Shown: positions 10,004 through 22,245, counted from the whole stretch's first letter. The stretch: DNA of 63,430 bases, filler included, from Octopus bimaculoides (GCF_001194135.2; 5 parts of 5 records of this genome joined end to end with filler, not necessarily neighbours in it), one strand, 5' to 3'. The notes: generated from the letters alone by a model not told the origin. Program-made: numbers and translations.

Positions 10004-10749
10004 ATTAAATATATATATATATAATATATTTAAATATATTATATATATATTTAATATATATATATAATATATAATATAATAATTAAATATGTGTATAATN
10101 NNNNNNNNNNNNNNNNNNNNNNNNNNNNNNNNNNNNNNNNNNNNNNNNNNNNNNNNNNNNNNNNNNNNNNNNNNNNNNNNNNNNNNNNNNNNNNNNNNNN
10201 NNNNNNNNNNNNNNNNNNNNNNNNNNNNNNNNNNNNNNNNNNNNNNNNNNNNNNNNNNNNNNNNNNNNNNNNNNNNNNNNNNNNNNNNNNNNNNNNNNNN
10301 NNNNNNNNNNNNNNNNNNNNNNNNNNNNNNNNNNNNNNNNNNNNNNNNNNNNNNNNNNNNNNNNNNNNNNNNNNNNNNNNNNNNNNNNNNNNNNNNNNNN
10401 NNNNNNNNNNNNNNNNNNNNNNNNNNNNNNNNNNNNNNNNNNNNNNNNNNNNNNNNNNNNNNNNNNNNNNNNNNNNNNNNNNNNNNNNNNNNNNNNNNNN
10501 NNNNNNNNNNNNNNNNNNNNNNNNNNNNNNNNNNNNNNNNNNNNNNNNGATATATAAACTGTAATTTTTGTATAATTATGTATTGTTAATATAACAATAC
10601 ATAAAGACCGGCTAGAGTTGAAAGTGCTCAGCATGAACTAGAATTCATCTTATAGTAAAAATGGATACGTAAGGGTGGAAAATCACAGGAATAATACCAT
10701 ATGTCCAACGCAAGATACAATATGTGTGTTCATATATATATATATATCT

Positions 10750-11180
10750 ACGATAGGCTTCTTTCAGTTTCCGTATAGCAAATCCACTCACAAGGCTTTG
10801 GTCGGCTCGAGACTATAGTAGAAGACACTTGCCTAAGGTGCCACGCAGTAGGACTAAACCCCTGAAGTCATGTGGTTGAGAAGTAAGCTTCTGAACATAT
10901 AGCCACGCCTTATATATATGTGTGTTTGTGTGTGTGTGTGTATGCATGCATGTATGTATGTATGTATGTATGTATGTATGTATGTATGTATGCACGTATG
11001 TATGTATATCTGTATGTGTCTATCCCCCACCATCGCTTGGCAACCGGTGTTTACGTCCCAGTATCCTAGCGGTTCGGCAAAAGAGATCGATAGAATAATT
11101 ATCAGGCTTAATAAAATATGTACAGGTGTTGATTTATTGGACTAAGGCAAACTTCATAGCACACAGCCACACCTGCGCCA
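10750..11180. mobile_element. Rearranged CORE-SINE pieces: 5' module (-) 10750-10910, 3' module (+) ~11018-11147, head remnant (-) ~11150-11180
   Basis: Each piece matches the 5151-5550 copy. They are separated by a (TG)/(TATG)n tract. Confidence 0.75.
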
Positions 11181-11217
11181 CGCTTGTATGAGCACATAAA
11201 CGAGGTAAATGTTAACA

Positions 11218-11371
11218 TGACGTCCTTCTGATTTCTCTGTGGACACGATTTGATTAAGAAGTGCCTTATAGTACATTCCTATAACAAATATACGCTGATT
11301 AGTTTATCAATAATTAATTAATTTGGAAATGATTCTTCTGTTTACATTATAAAGATGTGACTGTTATTTCT
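11218..11371 (+). repeat. 154-bp direct repeat, copy 2
   Basis: Near-identical to 9385-9538. Confidence 0.95.
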
Positions 11372-11478
11372 AGCAGGGTGAACGGCCGTGAAGAGGACTT
11401 CCTTCGTGTAGACATTTATCATTATTATTAATCAACTAAGAAAACACTTCCTCACATTTCAAATATATTCTAGGATTA

Positions 11479-11529
<51 letters not shown>

Positions 11530-11989
11530 TGAATGATTGCCAATCGCCATTTTTTCTGTACGTTTCCGTTTGCGTGCTTTTCTCGTCACAATAAATTTCG
11601 TTCTTTCTATAAATTCTTTCCTCTTCATAATAAATAGTCTTTCTTTTACTATTATTATCATTTTTATTATTATTCTCTTTCCTCTTTAGTTTATTCAATT
11701 GTTTTCTTCATTTTCTTCTCATATTTAATTTCCATTTCGTTAAAAGCTACAAAACAACGGCAGAGACACAATACTTGTACTGCCTGCCAACATCCTTAAC
11801 AAACAAACAAACCACAAACATGGTTGACAATATTATGGACGACATATAACGCTTGATATTCGCATTTGGAAGCTATTTTTTGCTAGAAATTATTTACCTT
11901 TTACATTATTAATCATTTTTATTCAATTATTTATTCATTTCATTCTTTTTTCCTTAATTTCATTTACATATTTCATTAAACGTACCCTT

Positions 11990-12660
11990 GCCTTTTTTTT
12001 TCTTTTCCTCTAAGTTCGATGATTTATCGTCTTTTCTTCTTGTCTTTGTTGTTCTTCTTCTTTTTCTCCTCTTCCTTCCCGTCCTCTTCTTACTTCGTCT
12101 TCTTCTTTTCTTCTCTCTCCTCTTCCTTCCCTTCATTTTCTTTCTTCTTTTTCTTCCCTTTCCTTCCATTCCTCGCCTTGCGTCTTACTTACCTCCACTT
12201 CCTCCTCTTCCTCAGCCTACTTTTTCGTATTCGTCTACCTCCTCATTTTCTTTTTCTTTTTCTTTTTCTTCTCCTCCTCCTCCACCCCTTCCCTCCTCAT
12301 CGACTTATTTTTCTTCTTTTTCCTCGTCTTCTCCTCCCTTATATATATGTGTGTATATATGTACATACACACATGAAAATAACTTATTTCTTTCTCTATA
12401 ATTTTCTTAACCACCTTTTCTCTTTCTTTCTTTATTTATTTATTTCTTTCTTTATTTCTTTCTTCCTCTCCTTCTTTCTTCCTTTCTTCCTCTCCTTCTT
12501 TCTTTCTTTCTTCCTCTCCTTCTTTCTTTCTTTCCAATTTTTCTTCCACATTTATTATTCCCTTCATCCTTTTTTTTCTTCTTTAAACATTTATTCATTT
12601 CTTTCTTCCAATTCTTTTGTCGTCTGCCAGTATTTCCTCTCTCCTTCAATTACAATTTTC
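11990..12660. repeat. Polypyrimidine low-complexity tract (TTC, TCC, CTTT)
   Basis: Directly visible. The F/L/S-rich and K/R-rich ORFs here are compositional artefacts. Confidence 0.9.
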
Positions 12661-13164
12661 CAAATCCTAATTTCTATTTAGGCATATTTAAAGAACATAC
12701 CCATCACTGTTGTTATTAGTTCTTGGATTTGTAGAGAATCTTCCAAGGATTTGCCATTGTCGGAAATCAAAGATTCTTCACTTCCTGGTTCTCTTTTATC
12801 GTCATCGGTTTTCTATTTCAGTCACACTCACTTCATCCTCGCCGATTCTCTCCTGCATACACACACACACATTCTCACACACATACACTCACACACATAC
12901 ACACACACACACACACTCACACACAAACACATACTCATAAACACACAGATACACACATACACACTCACTCAGACATATACGCACACACACATACACACAC
13001 TCACACATACATACATGCATACATACACTCAGACACAGAGACAGAAAGACATATATACATAGGCTGAGGTACACACACACACACACACACACANNNNNNN
13101 NNNNNNNNNNNNNNNNNNNNNNNNNNNNNNNNNNNNNNNNNNNNNNNNNNNNNNNNNNNNNNNN

Positions 13165-13191
<27 letters not shown>

Positions 13192-13195
<4 letters not shown>

Positions 13196-13552
13196 TTTTA
13201 TTCTTTTACTTGTTTCAGTCGTTTGACTGTGGCCATGCTGGAGCACCGCCTTTAGTCGAACAAATCGACCCCAGGACTTATTCTTTGTAAGCCTAGTACA
13301 TATTCTATCGGTCGCTTTTTGCTGAACTGCTAAGTTACGGAGACGTAAACACCCCAACGTCGGTTGTCAAGCGATGTATATATATTTATACGACGGGCTT
13401 CTTTCAGTTTCCGTCTACCAAATCCACTCACAAGGCTTTGGTCAGCCCGAGGTTATAGTAGAAGACACTTGCCCAAGGTGCCACACAGTGGGACTGAACC
13501 CAGAATAATGTGGCTGGTAAGCAAGCTTGTTACCACACAGCCACGCCTGCGC
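13192..13552 (-). mobile_element. Full-length bipartite CORE-SINE
   Basis: 3' module at 13192-13375 and 5' module at 13391-13552, joined by a short (TA)n hinge. Confidence 0.9.
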
Positions 13553-13892
13553 CTATATGTTATGTATGTACTATACACATGCACGCGCGCGAACACACAC
13601 ACACATAAGCTAATACACTGAAATACATATCTTTTTTATTTTTTATCTTTTATCCTTTCCCTTGTTTCAATCGTAGGACTGCGGTCATGCTGGGGCAATG
13701 CCTTCAAGGGTTTCCTCTAACGAATTGATCCCAGTAATAGTACATACAATCTAAATATACTTCGCTGTGTATAGCGATACAAATATATTTTACAGTTTGT
13801 AGAACATGCAGTAATTCCTCGCCGTATCGCGGTTTACCTATTGCTGTTGTTTTGCATTTATAATAAAATAAACATATATTCAAATCATCGTC

Positions 13893-14225
13893 ATCACCAT
13901 CATCATCATCGCTTAATGTCCGTTTTCCATGCTGGCATGGGTTGGACGGTTTGACTGAGGTCTGGGAATCCAGGAGGCTGCACCAGGCTCCAGTCTGATC
14001 TGGCGGTGCTTCTACAGCTGGATGTCCTTCCTATCGGCAACTACTCCGAGGGTGTAGTGGGTGCTTTTACGTGCCACCGGCCCAGGAGCCAGAGGAGGTT
14101 GGCATTGAGCACGATCAGATGGTGCTTTTTACGCGCCACCGGTACAGAAGCCAGTCAAGACGGCGCTGGCCTCGGCCACGTTCGGATGTGCTTTTTATGT
14201 GCCACTGGCACGAGGATCACAACTA
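13893..14225 (-). mobile_element. RTE-tailed SINE-like repeat with ~2 units of the 66-bp minisatellite
   Basis: Plus strand reads CATCATCATCGCTTAATGTCCGTTTTCCATGCTGGCATGGGTTGGACG..., the reverse of the tail GGACGTTAAACGATGATGATG seen at 45811-45966 and 47160-47334. Confidence 0.85.
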
Positions 14226-14301
14226 CAATTTCCATTTGGTCGTGATTTGATTTGATTTTGATTATAGAAATAATAAAGAAATAATATCAAAAAATATACA
14301 G

Positions 14302-14390
14302 TACAGTACTTTTTCTACTTCGCGGATTTTCACTTATCGCGGGACAGGTTTTTGGAACGTAATACCCGCGATAGTTGAGGGATTACTGTA
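14302..14390. mobile_element. 89-bp pogo/Tigger-like mini element
   Basis: Ends TACAGTA...TACTGTA. The reverse strand starts CAGTAATCCCTCAACTATCGCGGG, with an internal ATCGCGG/CCGCGAT inverted pair. Confidence 0.6.
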
Positions 14391-15049
14391 AATGTGTTTT
14401 ACAGTGTATGGAACATGAATGTACTTTACAGTGTGTGCAGTCTAACTGTACTGTACAGTGATATAGAGTTCGAATGTACTTTAATAATGATATATTTGTG
14501 AGAGAACGAATCGGAAGTATTTCCTTCTTACGTCACTAAAGAAAACCTCAGGTACATTAACGTATGTATTCAATTTCAAAAGAATGAGATAAGTTTTGAT
14601 TGAGGTGTAATATTGAAAATTTGTTCTCTGCATTATTGGTTTTTGATCTGCTCAGATACTGCACTGATGCAACCTAGAATTATACCTCCAAAGGATCATG
14701 TACTTTGATGGTATCTTTAATTATTTCTGCCGCCCTGAGTTCTTTAAGACAGTATTTTTCTTCGAGGGGCCGTCAATGTTCATTATCATTGTCTCACAAT
14801 TTAGCAATGTAAAGAAGGAACTTTAATGCCTTATACGGAAAGCATTTATATAATATGACCTCTGAAACAATAGATGCATATGTCACTGTTGATGGTTAAT
14901 ATTCTGAGTTCAATCTGCGCCGAGGTCGACTTTGCCTTTCATCCTTTTTTCAGTTCGGGGAAGTTTGATTCTGTGGACTCGATGATTGTACCATGTTTCC
15001 AGCTTCAAATCTCCATTTCTGGCACAGTTTCCAGTGTAAAACTTTTACA

Positions 15050-15472
15050 ACCTGATCGTGCCAAGGAAAAGCGAAGTTGCCTACTTATCGACCCATCATG
15101 CCCGTTTGATTCCAGGATCGTAAAGAAAGGGGAAGAAAACAAAAAACAAAAATGCAATCCCTTAAGATTTGAAATAGGAAGACATTGGAGCATGAGAACA
15201 ATAAAGGTCGTGCCTATAATAATTGGTGCGTTGGAAACAGTGACCAAAGTTATAGACAAATGACTGGAGGAGATTGAAATAGAATGTCCGGCAGAGCTCC
15301 TACAGAAAGTTTGTCTCTTAAGGACAGCAAGGATTATCAGGAGGGTTCTAAGCACTTGAAAAACTTCTGAAAGCTTGTGGATACCTAAGGCTAGAGGTAG
15401 TAACCCGCTATCCACGTAAGTACTACCAGGAATAAGACAGAACCTGAGCCAAACCAAAATAATAATAATAAT
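15050..15472 (+). mobile_element. RLE-type (R4/Dong-like) LINE 3' fragment
   Basis: KEKRSCLLIDPSCPFDSRIVKK...VVPIIIGALETVTKVIDK*LEEIEIECPAELLQKVCLLRTARIIRRVLST*, then a 3' UTR and (AAT)n. Confidence 0.88.
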
Positions 15473-15691
15473 CCTTTCTACTAAAGGCACAAGGCCCTGA
15501 AAATTTTGGGGGAGGGGATTAGTCGATTACATCAACTCCAGTACGTAACTGGTACTTAATTTATCGATCCCCAAAAGGATGAGAGGCAAAGTCAACTCTG
15601 GTGGAATTTGAACTTACAATGTAGCAACAGATGAATTACTGCTAAGCATTTCGCCCGGCGTGCTAACGATTCTGCCAGCTCGCTGCCTTAA
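15473..15691 (-). mobile_element. Meta-like SINE, tail type B
   Basis: Full head, Meta core and tail ...GGCCTTGTGCCTTTAGTAGAAAGGATTATT. Confidence 0.88.
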
Positions 15692-15696
15692 CCATG

Positions 15697-15777
<81 letters not shown>

Positions 15778-15779
<2 letters not shown>

Positions 15780-15879
15780 CATACTCTGGGATATGTCAAT
15801 ACACACAGATAGAGAAATTAAGGCAAATAGACCAGATATAGTTGTCAAAGATCATGAAGAAAAAAATGCTTTCTAATTG
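15778..15879 (+). mobile_element. R4/Dong-like RLE-domain fragment starting directly after (AAT)n at 15694-15778
   Basis: TILWDMSIHTDREIKANRPDIVVKDHEEKN contains the PD-(D/E)xK RLE motif RPDIVV; same family as 55803-56795. Cut off by a gap. Confidence 0.88.
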
Positions 15880-15923
15880 NNNNNNNNNNNNNNNNNNNNN
15901 NNNNNNNNNNNNNNNNNNNNNNN

Positions 15924-15935
15924 TTAATTAATTAA
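15924..15935. other. Synthetic gap spacer TTAATTAATTAA inside N44-12-N44 (also 31511-31522, 44923-44934, 55116-55127)
   Basis: All four occurrences have exactly 44 N on each side (100 bp total). The 12-mer is palindromic and gives stop codons in all six frames. Confidence 0.95.
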
Positions 15936-16008
15936 NNNNNNNNNNNNNNNNNNNNNNNNNNNNNNNNNNNNNNNNNNNNATATATATATATATATATATC
16001 CATATATA

Positions 16009-16340
16009 CGACAGGCTTCTTTCAGTTTCCGTCTACCAAATCCACTCACAAGGCATTGGTCGGCCCGAGGCTATAGTAGAAGGCACTTGCCCAAGATGCC
16101 ACGCAGTGGGACTGAACCCGGGACCATGTGGTTTGTAAGCAAGCTACTTACCACACAGCCACTCCTATATATATATATACATGGGCTTCTTTTAGTTTCT
16201 GTCTACCAAATCCACTCACAGGGCTCTGGTCGGCCCGAGGCTATAGTTGAAGACACTTACCAAATTGCCAAGCAGTGGGACTGAACTCGGAACCATTTGG
16301 TTAGGAACCAAACTTCTTACCACACAGCCATGCCTGCTCC
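16009..16340 (-). mobile_element. Two tandem CORE-SINE 5' modules
   Basis: Copies at 16009-16165 and 16182-16340, separated by (TA)n. Confidence 0.88.
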
Positions 16341-16485
16341 TACGTATATTTATATTTACATACAACATTCATATACATACGTCTATGGATACATACTCAA
16401 ATTTATACACGCATGTAACTACCGCACCAAAAATCTTAGAATTGAAAGTGTTAGCGAAATTATTGTCAATAGTGAGAGGAATATA

Positions 16486-16530
<45 letters not shown>

Positions 16531-16583
16531 NNNNNNNNNNNNNNNNNNNNNNNNNNNNNNNNNNNNNNNNNNNNNNNNNNNNN

Positions 16584-16623
<40 letters not shown>

Positions 16624-17374
16624 GGAGAACAAAGTAATGTCATTGTCTGTGATGTACCATGAAAAAAGTGGTACTATGGTAGGTGATGGCATCTCTACTG
16701 AATGGAGGAACAAGTAAATTCTTAGCTAACCGAAACCTCAACACTGGATCTTTGATGAATCCTTGCAAATATGGTGTGGTGGAGCTGGCGATTAACTTCT
16801 TTTAGTGCTAAGAATGTGGTTCAAGTTATTCATTGCGATGACTGCTAGATTCCTAACTGAGGAACAACCTTTGAATTATTTTGAAGAAAATTATGGCTCA
16901 GAATGATTTTAGTATGTGAGTGGTACATCTTTTATTGTATTCGTAGAAAGTAAGGAAAATTTTAACAGGGTTTGAATTGAAATATGAAAGACATAAACAA
17001 CATACCCCAAGGTTAGCCAACTCACCACCGTCTCTACCTATCCAACAAGAAATCCTCTACGTACAACAATCAGAAAAATATGCTAAATATGTTTCTTCTT
17101 TTTTTTTTTTATTCACTCGAAATCGAGGTATGAGTGGAGTGGAGCGAGGGTACATCTGTCATTCTATCAACATACTGTCTGCTAAATCTATTACCCCTGT
17201 AGGTGAGGGGTGAGTTTGCAACAAGCAACTCGTTTACACCCATCCTAACTTCTAATGTACAGCATTATTATTGCTAAGGCTTCAAGGTTAAAGCATGTAG
17301 ACGCCATAGTTATATTTAGGTCACTAACCGAACTAATAATATCGCACACACACGCGCGCGCACACACATACCAT

Positions 17375-17416
<42 letters not shown>

Positions 17417-17531
17417 GCACGCACACANNNNNNNNNNNNNNNNNNNNNNNNNNNNNNNNNNNNNAAATACATATGTTTACAACAGATTAGTGATAATTTT
17501 AAGAAATATATTTTAGTCCTGGAAATCGCCA

Positions 17532-17563
<32 letters not shown>

Positions 17564-17574
17564 CATCTATCTAC

Positions 17575-17624
<50 letters not shown>

Positions 17625-17645
17625 GTCTGTCTATCCATCTATCTA

Positions 17646-17682
<37 letters not shown>

Positions 17683-17683
17683 A

Positions 17684-17736
<53 letters not shown>

Positions 17737-17760
17737 CTTCTACCTGACTGTCTCCCTCTC
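17532..17760. repeat. (TATC)n to (TGTC)n compound microsatellite
   Basis: Directly visible. Confidence 0.95.
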
Positions 17761-18397
17761 TCTGTCTCTCTGTGTGTCACTTTGTCTCTCTCTGTCGCTC
17801 TCACTATCGCTCGTTCTCTTTCTTCCCTTCCCTTTCTCTATATAAGAACAAGTAAATTGAAACTCGAAAGATAGTGAAAGTTTCTTTGAAAAATAAAGTT
17901 ACTCTACAGTAGAGTACGGGGTGCTTCAATTTAAACTTTAATCGCTTCTATATATAACTTTATATAAAAACAAAATAGTAATATACACACACACACATGT
18001 GTGTGTATGTGTGTATGTATATATATANNNNNNNNNNNNNNNNNNNNNNNNNNNNNNNNNNNNNNNNNNNNNNNNNNNNNNNNNNNNNNNNNNNNNNNNN
18101 NNNNNNNNNNNNNNNNNNNNNNNNNNNNNNNNNNNNNNNNNNNNNNNNNNNNNNNNNNNNNNNNNNNNNNNNNNNNNNNNNNNNNNNNNNNNNNNNNNNN
18201 NNNNNNNNNNNNNNNNNNNNNNNNNNNNNNNNNNNNNNNNNNNNNNNNNNNNNNNNNNNNNNNNNNNNNNNNNNNNNNNNNNNNNNNNNNNNNNNNNNNN
18301 NNNNNNNNNNNNNNNNNNNNNNNNNNNNNNNNNNNNNNNNNNNNNNNNNNNNNNNNNNNNNNNNNNNNNNNNNNNNNNNNNNNNNNNNNNNNNNNNT

Positions 18398-19127
18398 GGA
18401 GCGTCCAGCTGTATGAAAATTTCCTGAACTCACCACCCAGAAAACAGCTTCAGGAGTGGTGAGATCGCGAATACCTCACTTCCTCGAAGACAACAATCTG
18501 CTGAACCCCAACCAGCATGGTTTCCGTGATGGCAGGGACTGCCTGTCGCAGTTTCTGCACCATTTTGATGACATCTTAATAGCGTTGGGAGAGGGCTCCA
18601 ATATGGACGTCATATACCTTGATTTCAGCAAGGCATTTGATAGAGTGGACCACAAAATCCTGCTGAAGAAACTGTCCAACACTGGAGTCCGTGGAAAGCT
18701 GTTGCAATGGATAAAGTGTTTCCTGACGAACAGAACCCAACATGTCGTGTTTGAGGGAATACGATCCAGCTCAGCCAAGGTCAGTAGTAGTGTCCCACAA
18801 GGTACTGTGTTGGGCCCACTCTTCTTTATTATTTACATCAACGACATAGTAGATGTCATCAAACATTCTACATTGAAAATTTTTTCAGATGATTCCAAAC
18901 TCCAGAAAGCAATAAACGGCATGTGAAACAGAACATGCCTTCAGTCAGATCTGTTTGCTATTATACAATGGGTGGAAAAAAACAATATGTTTTTAAATGA
19001 AAATAAGTTTCATTCGATCCACTGTGGAAAAGAAGAAACTCTGAAATTACCATATGCTCTTCCCTGGGTCGATTCCCTAGTGTCATCCAACAACACCGGA
19101 GACCTTGGAGTAATTGTTGATAACAAG
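18398..19127 (+). mobile_element. CR1-group LINE reverse transcriptase fragment (pseudogenised)
   Basis: NQHGFRDGRDC...DVIYLDFSKAFDRVDH...VPQGTVLGPLFFIIYINDI...IFSDDSK (YADD equivalent). Frameshifted continuation ends ..GDLGVIVDN. Confidence 0.95.
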
Positions 19128-19345
19128 TGTACCAATTATTAATGGTATAAATGTAAATTTGTCATCCGGATATAGAAGATGGAGTTTATGAAGCAGTTGT
19201 CCATAGTTATCTTTCTTTTCAGTTGATTTTCTAAGTGATATTCACACCAGCAGGACAGTTGACCTCTATGAGGGTACATACTTTTTCTTCTGTCCCAAAC
19301 AATAACATCTGGCCTGTCATGCTTGTATATTACAATTGTTTTGAT
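19128..19345 (-). mobile_element. RLE-type LINE family C fragment
   Basis: Across frameshifts: KHDRPDVIVWDR..KVCTLIEVNCPAGVNIT...DNYGQLLHKLHLLYPDDKFTFIPLIIGTL. Same family as 50370-50745. Confidence 0.8.
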
Positions 19346-19663
19346 GGGTATGTATGTATGTATGTATGTATGTATGCATGCATGTATGTATGTATGTATT
19401 ATGTATGTATGTATGTAAATTATGGAGCTGATTAACGGAAAAGGACAAATAAATATGGAAAACCTCTCGTTTGCCACAGGGGCCAGAATAAATCTTGTTT
19501 CGGTACTTTTACGGTTTAAAAAGCTTTAAATGTTACGACTGCACTGGCTGCATCAGCGCGTACATACATACATATGTGCGCGCGCGTACACACACACATT
19601 CGCTGTAGGTGACGGAAAATAACGGATTGATACATTTAATAGAAAAATTGATTTTAGTCTATG

Positions 19664-19694
<31 letters not shown>

Positions 19695-19941
19695 CTTTTC
19701 GTGCGCGCGTATTATGTGTGAAAATGTGGTGTGTGTATATTTGTATGGGGGTGACAACTGCGTAGCTTCATCAGCAGAAAATATCATCACCTCCTTCCTG
19801 TCCTGTCATCGCCACTGTACTTTCGTTGTTACATAACTGTTATCACTGTTATATCGCTACCTCGTTCAAGATGGCGTCTCTCCTCTATTCTGTCCTAACC
19901 GCTATATTGCTTTTGTTGCTATATGTCACGGCCGCAATATT

Positions 19942-20165
19942 TATTTCTTTGTTGCTCACAGGGAGATAAACATGGAGGAAACAAACAAGGACAGACAAAG
20001 GTTTTAAGTCGATTACATCGACTCCAGTGCGTAACTGGTACTTATTTAATCGACCCCGAAAGGATGAAAGGCAAAGTCGACCTCGGCGGAATTTGAACTC
20101 AGAACGTAACGGCAGACAAAATACCGGTAAGTATTTCGCCCGGCGTGCTAATGATTCTGCCAGCT
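19942..20165 (-). mobile_element. Meta-like SINE, tail type A, 13-bp TSD
   Basis: CGGCCGCAATATT at 19929-19941 and 20166-20178. Tail reads ...GTCTGTCCTTGTTTGTTTCC...CCCTGTGAGCAACAAAGAAATAAA. Confidence 0.9.
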
Positions 20166-20322
20166 CGGCCGCAATATTGTCACTCTCCAAGTTGTCATTA
20201 ATTCTTTGCTCAGTGCTGTTGTAATTAGCTATTTTTATTTATAATTTCCTATGCTACTTCAGCCTATCCCAAATGCCTGCCTCGTTACTTCTCAAGAGGT
20301 ACCCCTTCATACGTGCACATAT

Positions 20323-20538
20323 TCTTTACTACTCTAGGCACAAGGACCGAAATTTTGGGGGAGAGGGGCAGTCGATTAGATCGACTCCAGTATGCAACTG
20401 GTACTTAAATTATCGACCCCGAAAGGATGAAAGGCAAAGTCGACTTCGGCGGAATTTGAACTCAAAGCATAAAGACAGACGAAATACCGCTAAGCATTTC
20501 GCTCGGCTTGGTAACGATTCAGCCAGCTCACCGCCTTC
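20323..20538 (-). mobile_element. Meta-like SINE, tail type B
   Basis: Same head and core as the neighbouring copy but tail ...CCCCTCTCCCCCAAAATTTCGGTCCTTGTGCCTAGAGTAGTAAAG. Confidence 0.9.
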
Positions 20539-20625
20539 AATATGTGCACATACGTGCTTCATACGTGCACATAGGCGCAAACATGCACACGCGCGTGCAC
20601 ACACGCATACACAAGACCTCACACA

Positions 20626-20680
<55 letters not shown>

Positions 20681-22194
20681 GTCTAGAAATATATATAAAT
20701 TAACCCCATTTATGTATCTACTACTTAGGTTACATACATACATACATGCATACATGCATGTACGTATGTATACGTATAAGTGCGTGTGTGTATATCTATG
20801 CTTCCATCTTTATCTTTGTTGCCATTCACCCCCTATCCCTACACCACCCAGTTCCAAATACATAAGCCGTTAATTCTTCCTCCTACGCAAAAAGAAAAAA
20901 AATAACAGATATAATCACACCCACCGGCATTCCTCCTCCAGTTTCAGATGTTTCTTCCTTCATATACACACAAAAATATACTTTCTCATGGCTAATTTCT
21001 AGTGTTGTCTGAGCCCTTTCACCTACCCTATTTGTTCTAGTTTACAATCCTTTCTAAATACCAGAAAACCAATACTTTCCTAGAATCATCGTCTGCCGCT
21101 GTTAATACCAACCTTCAACGCCCTTTCCCTTGTAGACTATTCTGTTGCATTTGTCGACATTTCATGGGGATTTATCTTCTGTTTATGATATATTTGATCT
21201 TTCAACTGATCTGTCGTTTGCCCTTGTTTCACATTATAGTCTATTCTGTTTATCAGCCACAAAAGTCACAGATCTTGTTGCTATGCATATTCTGACTCAA
21301 GTGCGTCATTCTTTTTGTGCGCCAGCGCTTTAGTTCTCTCCCCTGTTCATATTTTGAATGCTCTTTCGTGCGAGTTGGAACATTTAGAAATAGGTCAAGC
21401 ACATCTTGAACAATACTGCGTACATTTTATTTCAAATTCAGATATTTGCGCCACGAAACATTCTTTAACACTCCTACCCAATGAGTGGTCTAAATTCTCA
21501 TAAATTTCCTGTTTTATTTCGTTATTTATATTTTATTTATAAACAAGGAAAGGTCTTATTACATACATTTCGTAAATGTTAAATCTATTCTCCTCTGTCT
21601 GTCTGTCTGTCTTTCTCTATCTTTCTAATCTTGGCACAATACTTCTTTTCTCTCCCCCCCCCCTCTCTCGTTCTCTCTCTCAAATGACCTAAAGTTTGTA
21701 GAAAATTTAGCAATGTAACGTATGATGGATCGAAGCTATCAGAACGCTTTGTGGTTTATTTGTCTCTCCCTGTAAGCTATTATATGTTTGTTTTTCTTTC
21801 TTTCTCGTGATTTTTATTATTGATTTATATAATTGTCTAAAAACATTTCAACAATTACCCTATTTCACCTTTAACCTTTTCCAAGAATTTCGACTATATG
21901 GGAACTTGCGATTCTAACAATGTTAACACCTAGCGGACCACCCTTCTCCTCACCCTTCACAGATCAAGATATAGTTGGAAATAAAGAGAGTGTGATTTTT
22001 GTGTCCCACATATAATTACCGGTAGTCAGTTTATCTGCTCCTGAAAAAATTTACTAAGAACGTTGAAATTTATTGGACTGAAACTTAGAGACTAGAATTA
22101 TTTCATTTAGTCAGGATAAACTAAATAATCCATCATTTTTAAATAATGACTTCTCATTCGTCATTAAAATTCTCTGTCTATCTGTCTGTCTCTC

Positions 22195-22245
<51 letters not shown>

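Noticed and set aside
21050-21500. Faint RT-like phrases on the minus strand (ERALKVGIN..., KLEQIG*VKGL)
   Set aside because: Too degenerate to support by eye.
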